Positions 58,773 to 64,000 of a DNA stretch of 64,000 nucleotides are shown one piece after another. The DNA is from Caecitellus pseudoparvulus (Eukaryota > Protista > Bigyra: Bicosoecida): contig CBFFRQ010000089.1 in the NCBI GenBank assembly GCA_965644315.1, positions 310,001 to 374,000 on the forward strand. Reading direction: 5' to 3'. Position 1 is the stretch's first letter. Each line of letters begins with the position of its first letter. The notes beneath the pieces are model-generated. The model saw only the letters and a list, made by a program, of their open reading frames with translations. It did not search any database and was not told the DNA's origin. The translations under genes and the position numbers were made by a program.

Positions 58773-60855
58773 ATGGCGGCGCCCACTGCTGTCCCTGACC
58801 ACCTGCCCTTGCTCGTGGGGGGTGAAGATGGGCTGCACACTGCGTCCTTCGTGGGTGGTGGGCCCGGGAAAGAGCCCTCCGTGCAGCAGAGCAGCTTTGC
58901 GGGCACGCTGGCTGCAGCTGTGCACCCTGCAAGCCTCACCTGTGCCGTGTGGAACCACAGCAGCAAAGTGGTGGCGGCAGGCTGTTCAGACGGCGATGTG
59001 CGCCTGCTTGCATCGGGCAGCGGCAACATCGTCGCTACGTTTTCCCTGGGAGAGGTGCGTGGGCTGGCTGCCGTTGCGGTTTTTGCGCGAGACGCCACGC
59101 AACTTTCCCCGCCCCTGCAGCCTGTGGGGCATGTCCACTTCAGCAGCTCCTCCAGGTTTCTCATAGCTGCATCAGCAAACACCCTCATGGTGGGTACTTG
59201 GCAGCGACGCCCGTTCCCCGCCCAGCCTCGCCTCAAACGCCGCACGGTGCTGCCCTGGTCCTGCTGCCCAGATGTGGGACCTCAAACGACACCGCGGCAA
59301 GCCCATCGTGCAGTGCAAGGTACGCCCCGCCTGCCCCGTGCAACACACACACGTGTGCCTGCAACGCACTGCACCCTCCCTCCCGCACTCCTTCCCCCAG
59401 CTGTCTGCACCCATCCGCACACTCAGCAGCGAGCCCGGGCATGACCGCCTGGTGGCAGTGGTGGAGACTGGCCAGCTTCTGGTGTGGGACGTGCGGCGGG
59501 TGGCCAAGTGGGCCTCCACGCCCCTGCCCCCGGCGCAAGACGGCGGCGAGCCCACGCTCCGCCCGCTGCCTGCGATGGTGTCTGCAGACAACACCCACCA
59601 CCCCGCGGCGCCCCTGCGCGTGACGGGGGCGGCTCCATTCCTGGCAGCTGCCTTCTTCCCCTCACGGGACGCCCGTGTGGCGAACCGGCTCATCACAGTG
59701 GAGGGCGACGGGGGCGTCGCGCGCGTGTGGAACACCACCACCAACCCCTGGAGCGAGGAGTGGTGCTGCCCACCCACATCCAGCCACCCCGACGCCACCC
59801 ACATGACCCTCGCCGCCAGCAACACCCCCTCCGGGCACGGCTGCCTCTCGGGCCTCGGCACCTTCGTCACGGCTGGGGATGACGGGGTCCTGAACGTGAA
59901 CGACTTCCTGGCCCGGCGGCACACTGTGCAGGTGCAGCTGGGCACCCCCTCCGCTGCGCTGTGCCTCCCCCCCCTCGGGCGGGCCTTGCTCGTGGGTGAC
60001 ATGCACGGCGGCCTGCACTGCCTCGTGCCTGAGGACATGCACAGTGCCGCAGCTGTGACGATCGGCAGCGGGGCGCTGCCCTTGCGCAGCCTGCACCTGG
60101 CCACAGCGGACCACACAACGGCGGCAGCCGCTCCCACGCCACCACCTGCTCACGCCACCGCACCTGCGACTGCACCGAGCCCTGCCCCTGCGGGTGCGCC
60201 GTCCCCCCCCACGCCCCGTGTACCGGTGCAGACAGATGCCCCCCCCCACCCAGACAGCGCACCTGCAGCTGCAGTGTCCATCCCCACACCTGCGCCAGCA
60301 CCACCTCCACCGGCTGGCACGCCCCCAGACATGGCTGGCGTCGTGCAGAGCGCCCTGGCCACTGCCCTCCCAGCCCTGCTCTCAGCGACGCAAGAGGCAG
60401 TGGATGGGGCCGTGTCGTCCGCCGTGGCATCCGCCATGCAAGAGGCGAGGGGCAGGGCCAGTCAAGGGAGCGGCCACGGAGCGCCGGTGGCGCTGAATGT
60501 GGACTCTGCAGCCGTCACGGCAGCGGTCACCACTGCGGTGCGGGCTGAACTGAGCAAGCTGCGTGACGGCGTCGTGGAGCGAGTGGCCGAGGCAGTGTCG
60601 CGCACCGTTGCACACTCAGTCTCTGGCACCGTGCAAGAGGTACTCACCGCCTCCATGCGCACGGCAGCACAGGAAGCCGTGCAGCCGCTGGCCGTGGCTG
60701 TGCAGGGGCTGCACGTTGCGCATTTGAGGGCTGACTCGGCCACTGCAGCAGCGCTGGCTGCCTTGCGTTCCGAGCAGGCCAGCGCGTTGCAGTCTCTGCA
60801 AGCCAAAGTTGATGCTCTAGCGGCGGACCAAGCCCGCATGGCGTCGCTGTACTGA
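58773..60855 (+). CDS. NEDD1/GCP-WD-like WD40 protein with Pro-rich linker and C-terminal coiled coil
   Basis: WNHSSKVVAAGCSDG, FSSSSRFLIAAS..MWDLKR and FVTAGDDG WD repeats over exons split by introns near 59055, 59190 and 59320. The C-terminal AVQGLHVAHLRA...coiled coil resembles the NEDD1 gamma-tubulin-binding tail. Confidence 0.65.
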
Positions 60856-61100
60856 GCGCAACACGCGTCGGCGTGTTGATCTTCGCAGCACACGCGCACC
60901 GGCGTCGAGGCAAGCGAGGCACTGGCGGCCATTCCCCAAAAATCACATTAATCGCGAGTTAACATGGTGAAATCGCTATCAGGCACATATCCTCGCATGT
61001 GCAGTAGCCCGCTCACCCGTGCGCGGTCGCAACGGAAGCGAGCGTTTCACCTCGAAACTCGCCTCGTTCGTCGCCTGCTGCCCCCGCCACCACACGCCGA

Positions 61101-64000
61101 ATGGCGGCGCAGACGCGGTCGCCAAGCCGCGCCTCCGTCGCATCCGAGGCACGGGATGTTACGCTGGGCGCCGGCTTCACGTCCCTGGACGAACGGTACC
61201 ACTTTGGAGCGGAACCCCTGGCCAGCAGGCACAGAACTCGAACGATTCACGGCTGGCACGGCGAGCAGGTGCACTTCCAGGTGTTCGTGCCCCTGCCAGC
61301 GTCCACTTCGGCGCCCTTGACACTGAAAGTGGAAGTGTCGGACTTCTACGAGCCCGACAGCACCAGCCCAGCCTTCACGGCACTGGGCAACGTGTCCCTG
61401 TACGTGGTGAAGCCTGTGCGTGCAGACAGCGCCGTCGTGTACGACCGGCTGGAGGCGCTGCCGCTGGCGCGGAGGCAGTGGGCCGGCACCGGCACGGCTG
61501 ACGCTGTGTCTGTGGAGGTGCCCCTTCCAGCCGACGGCCTGGTGCCTGGCTCCAGCGACACATGGCTGCTGCCTGTGCCGTGGGGCGCCCAGGGCAAGCA
61601 GCCGTCCAGCCAGCCCCGCTTCACGCTGCTGTGGGGCACTGTGCACATCCCCACGCGGTGTGACGTCGCCCCCTCCTACAACTACGCCTCTGCTTGTGGC
61701 GAGGCGCCGGCGGCCACCCCCGCAGCGGGCGTCGCACCCACCTACACCTGCACCCTGCGCCTGAGCGTGGTACAAACAGCCGCAGGCATCTCGCCGCCCC
61801 CCGGCGCCCTGGGCAGTGGTGCCGCCTCAACATCCCCCACTCAGCCACAGGTATCCCCTGTGTTCCCTGGGGCGGCCCCAGGAGCCCCACCCCGCGGCAT
61901 GCCCCCCACAGCCCCTGACTCCCCTGCCCTCCAAGCCATGGCGGCGTTGAGCCCGCCGCCGCCCACGCCCAGTGCAGTGCCCGAGGCCGTGCCTGAGTCC
62001 CGTGCCATGGTGGGCCCTGTGGCCCTGTCCCTGTCTTCCTCCGCGCTGTCCTCCATCTCCACCCTGCCGACACAAGTGGACAGTGCTGAGCTGTCGCTGC
62101 ACGTGACGACACCCCTGCCCATCCCAGGCCCAGGGCAGCCCCAGGCAGCTTTCGGCGTCATGCCGCCCCCCACCGCGTGGAAGCACCACCTGCACCTGTG
62201 GCAGAACCCCTTTGCCGTGGCGGAGTTCCACAAGGTGCCGCTGTGGTCGCCGGCGCACTGGGCCGTTCTGCGAACACACTACGCCCCCCTGGCTGAGCTG
62301 GGCTGCACCAGCATCACCGCCACCATCCTGCACGACCCGTGGGGCAGCCAGACGCACACGCCGTACGCTAGCATGGTGCGGTGGCTGGTGCGGGAGGTGG
62401 GCGGTTCCGTCACGCTGTCCTTCGATTTCTCCGTCTTTGACGCGTGGGTCACCATGTGCCTGCAGCTGGGCATCGGCCCCCTCATCCACGCGTACTCCAT
62501 CCTGCCCTGGGCGGCAGACGGCGGCGGCAGCGAGGTCAAGGCCGCCCAGCCCAGCCAGTACGTCATGTTCAACGAGACGCGGCAGTGCATGCAGCGGGTG
62601 TGGGCGCACCCTCTCCAGCCCACCTATGCCGCACTGTGGGTGCCGTTCCTGGAGGCGTTCCAATCCCACCTGGCCCGGCGGGGGTGGCTGGGCATCACGG
62701 CCGTGGCGGTGGATGAGCGCCCGCCAGAGGAGATGGCTGCCGCCATCGCCATGGTGCGTGCCCACGCGCCTGGCCTGCGCCTGGCCCTGGCTGGCAACTA
62801 CCACGCCGAGCTGAGCGAGCACGTGGATGACTGGTGCGTCTGGCTTCGGGCGCCCATGCCGGGGCCAGGCGTCGTCCCGGGTCGTAACTGCGTGGCCAGT
62901 CCGACGGCACCCTTCGCGGCCATGTTCCAGGGCTCCGCTGACGCCCGGTGGGGGACGCAGCAGGTGGATGCGGGCACGCAGCACCTGGCCTCGGCCCTGC
63001 GCCGGCGTCCACGCACCGACTCCACCGTGGCCGATGCAGGCATGGCGGGAGACGCGTGGGACCCTGCCGCCGACGCGTCAGCCCGAGGCCTGGCAGCCCG
63101 CAACGTCGCCCGTACAGGCGCCCCCAGCACCGCCATGCCCGTGGCTCTGCCGCCTGTCAGCGGGGGCATTCCCCCCGCCTTGGCGGACCGGGCAGCAGCG
63201 CTGGCTGGGCGCCGCACGACGACGTTCTACACCTGCTGCGGCCCCGTCTCACCCAACACCTTCACCGCCAGCCCGCCTCTGGAGAGCACGTGGCTGCCGC
63301 TGTTTGGCGTCGCGAACGGGTATGATGGGTACCTGCGCTGGGCGTACGACTGCTGGACTGCGGAACCCAACATCGACACCCGGTACCGCCCCCGCTTCTG
63401 GCGGGCAGGGGACGCCTTCCTCGCCTACCCCAACGGGCAGCCCTCCGTGCGCATGCTCATGCTGCAGCGGGGCATCACGGCAGCTGAGAAGCAGCGGCAG
63501 ACAGTGGGCAGCTTCCTCATGACCCTGCACCACCTGAGCGGGCAGGGCTCCTCAACACAGGAAGTGCCTGCTCTGGCCCAGGCGCTGGAGGGGTCTGGGG
63601 GCGCGTCGCCCAGTGGAGGAGGGGGCACCGTGCCTGCGCTGCCGCCACAGCTGCAGCCAGGCCTGTCCATGCAGTCCAGCATGGGTGACGTCACCCTGGC
63701 TGTGGAGGCGACCCCCTCCGCCCTGGCACCAGCTCAGGGCCCCGCCATCCTCCCCGCCCCCGCGCCTGATGTCTGGTGGGCGGACACGGTCAAGGCGCGG
63801 GTGGTGCCGGGTCTGGGCAGCATCGGGGACACGCTGGCGGGTGTCCTGGAGCGGGGTGCCAGCGCAGGCCACGCGCGGCCAGGGGGCTTCACGGCCTGGG
63901 ACCTTACCCACCAGGAATCCTTCAGCGCCGTGCACCGCGTCCTGCACAGCGGGGAGGCGGGGGTGCGGCTGTGGATCGGGGCGCTGTTGACTGTGCTGCG
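61101..64000 (+). CDS. Glycoside hydrolase family 123 / DUF4091 (putative beta-N-acetylgalactosaminidase), Bacteroidetes-like; runs off window
   Basis: Absent from the track because no stop occurs before 64000; ATG 61101 follows an in-frame TAG at 61005. Motifs HGWHGEQVHFQV, HLHLWQNPFAVA, ITATILHDPWGSQT, FDFSVFDAWV, YSILPW, AVDERP, ALAGNYH, TFYTCC..PNTFT.SPP.E, DGYLRWAYDCW, AGDAFLAYP and SVR..L..GI...EK. Confidence 0.88.
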   Translation, partial: MAAQTRSPSRASVASEARDVTLGAGFTSLDERYHFGAEPLASRHRTRTIHGWHGEQVHFQVFVPLPASTSAPLTLKVEVSDFYEPDSTSPAFTALGNVSLYVVKPVRADSAVVYDRLEALPLARRQWAGTGTADAVSVEVPLPADGLVPGSSDTWLLPVPWGAQGKQPSSQPRFTLLWGTVHIPTRCDVAPSYNYASACGEAPAATPAAGVAPTYTCTLRLSVVQTAAGISPPPGALGSGAASTSPTQPQVSPVFPGAAPGAPPRGMPPTAPDSPALQAMAALSPPPPTPSAVPEAVPESRAMVGPVALSLSSSALSSISTLPTQVDSAELSLHVTTPLPIPGPGQPQAAFGVMPPPTAWKHHLHLWQNPFAVAEFHKVPLWSPAHWAVLRTHYAPLAELGCTSITATILHDPWGSQTHTPYASMVRWLVREVGGSVTLSFDFSVFDAWVTMCLQLGIGPLIHAYSILPWAADGGGSEVKAAQPSQYVMFNETRQCMQRVWAHPLQPTYAALWVPFLEAFQSHLARRGWLGITAVAVDERPPEEMAAAIAMVRAHAPGLRLALAGNYHAELSEHVDDWCVWLRAPMPGPGVVPGRNCVASPTAPFAAMFQGSADARWGTQQVDAGTQHLASALRRRPRTDSTVADAGMAGDAWDPAADASARGLAARNVARTGAPSTAMPVALPPVSGGIPPALADRAAALAGRRTTTFYTCCGPVSPNTFTASPPLESTWLPLFGVANGYDGYLRWAYDCWTAEPNIDTRYRPRFWRAGDAFLAYPNGQPSVRMLMLQRGITAAEKQRQTVGSFLMTLHHLSGQGSSTQEVPALAQALEGSGGASPSGGGGTVPALPPQLQPGLSMQSSMGDVTLAVEATPSALAPAQGPAILPAPAPDVWWADTVKARVVPGLGSIGDTLAGVLERGASAGHARPGGFTAWDLTHQESFSAVHRVLHSGEAGVRLWIGALLTVL

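Noticed and set aside
24323-64000. Chitin synthase and GH123 as a joint HexNAc pathway cluster
   Set aside because: They are over 30 kb apart with unrelated genes between them, and GH123 acts on GalNAc rather than chitin.

Overview
Gene-dense, GC-rich eukaryotic genomic DNA with short GT-AG introns (about 70-120 nt, C-rich acceptors). The organism is probably a unicellular protist, possibly a heterotrophic stramenopile; this taxon call is inference only. I can support 17 protein-coding genes and see no rRNA, tRNA, CRISPR array or transposase. Two genes are missing from the supplied ORF track because they run off the window edges. The first is a >=3,697-codon intronless minus-strand ORF (11092 to <1) encoding a single-pass giant adhesion receptor: signal peptide, integrin-alpha-type FG-GAP propeller, cadherin-like repeats, ELWxxDGT-type propeller, TM with Cys cluster, and a long disordered tail. 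The second is a Bacteroidetes-like GH123/DUF4091 glycoside hydrolase (61101 to >64000). Between them lie: a ~4,040-aa low-complexity protein with an apparently split AP2-like domain; a chitin synthase; a ZIP metal transporter head-to-head with a Reeler-EGF-DOMON-cytochrome b561 ferric reductase; a lower-GC pseudokinase/ankyrin-repeat gene; TMEM135; a P2X receptor; a FAM136A-like gene; an aspartic protease; a PMCA-type Ca-ATPase; an EamA/DMT transporter; a DSP-UBA phosphatase; a Cu P1B-ATPase; mitochondrial ACP; PDI; and a NEDD1-like WD40 gene. A heptamer, CAATGCA (or NAATGCA), recurs on the sense strand shortly after many stop codons and is a candidate non-canonical 3'-processing signal.
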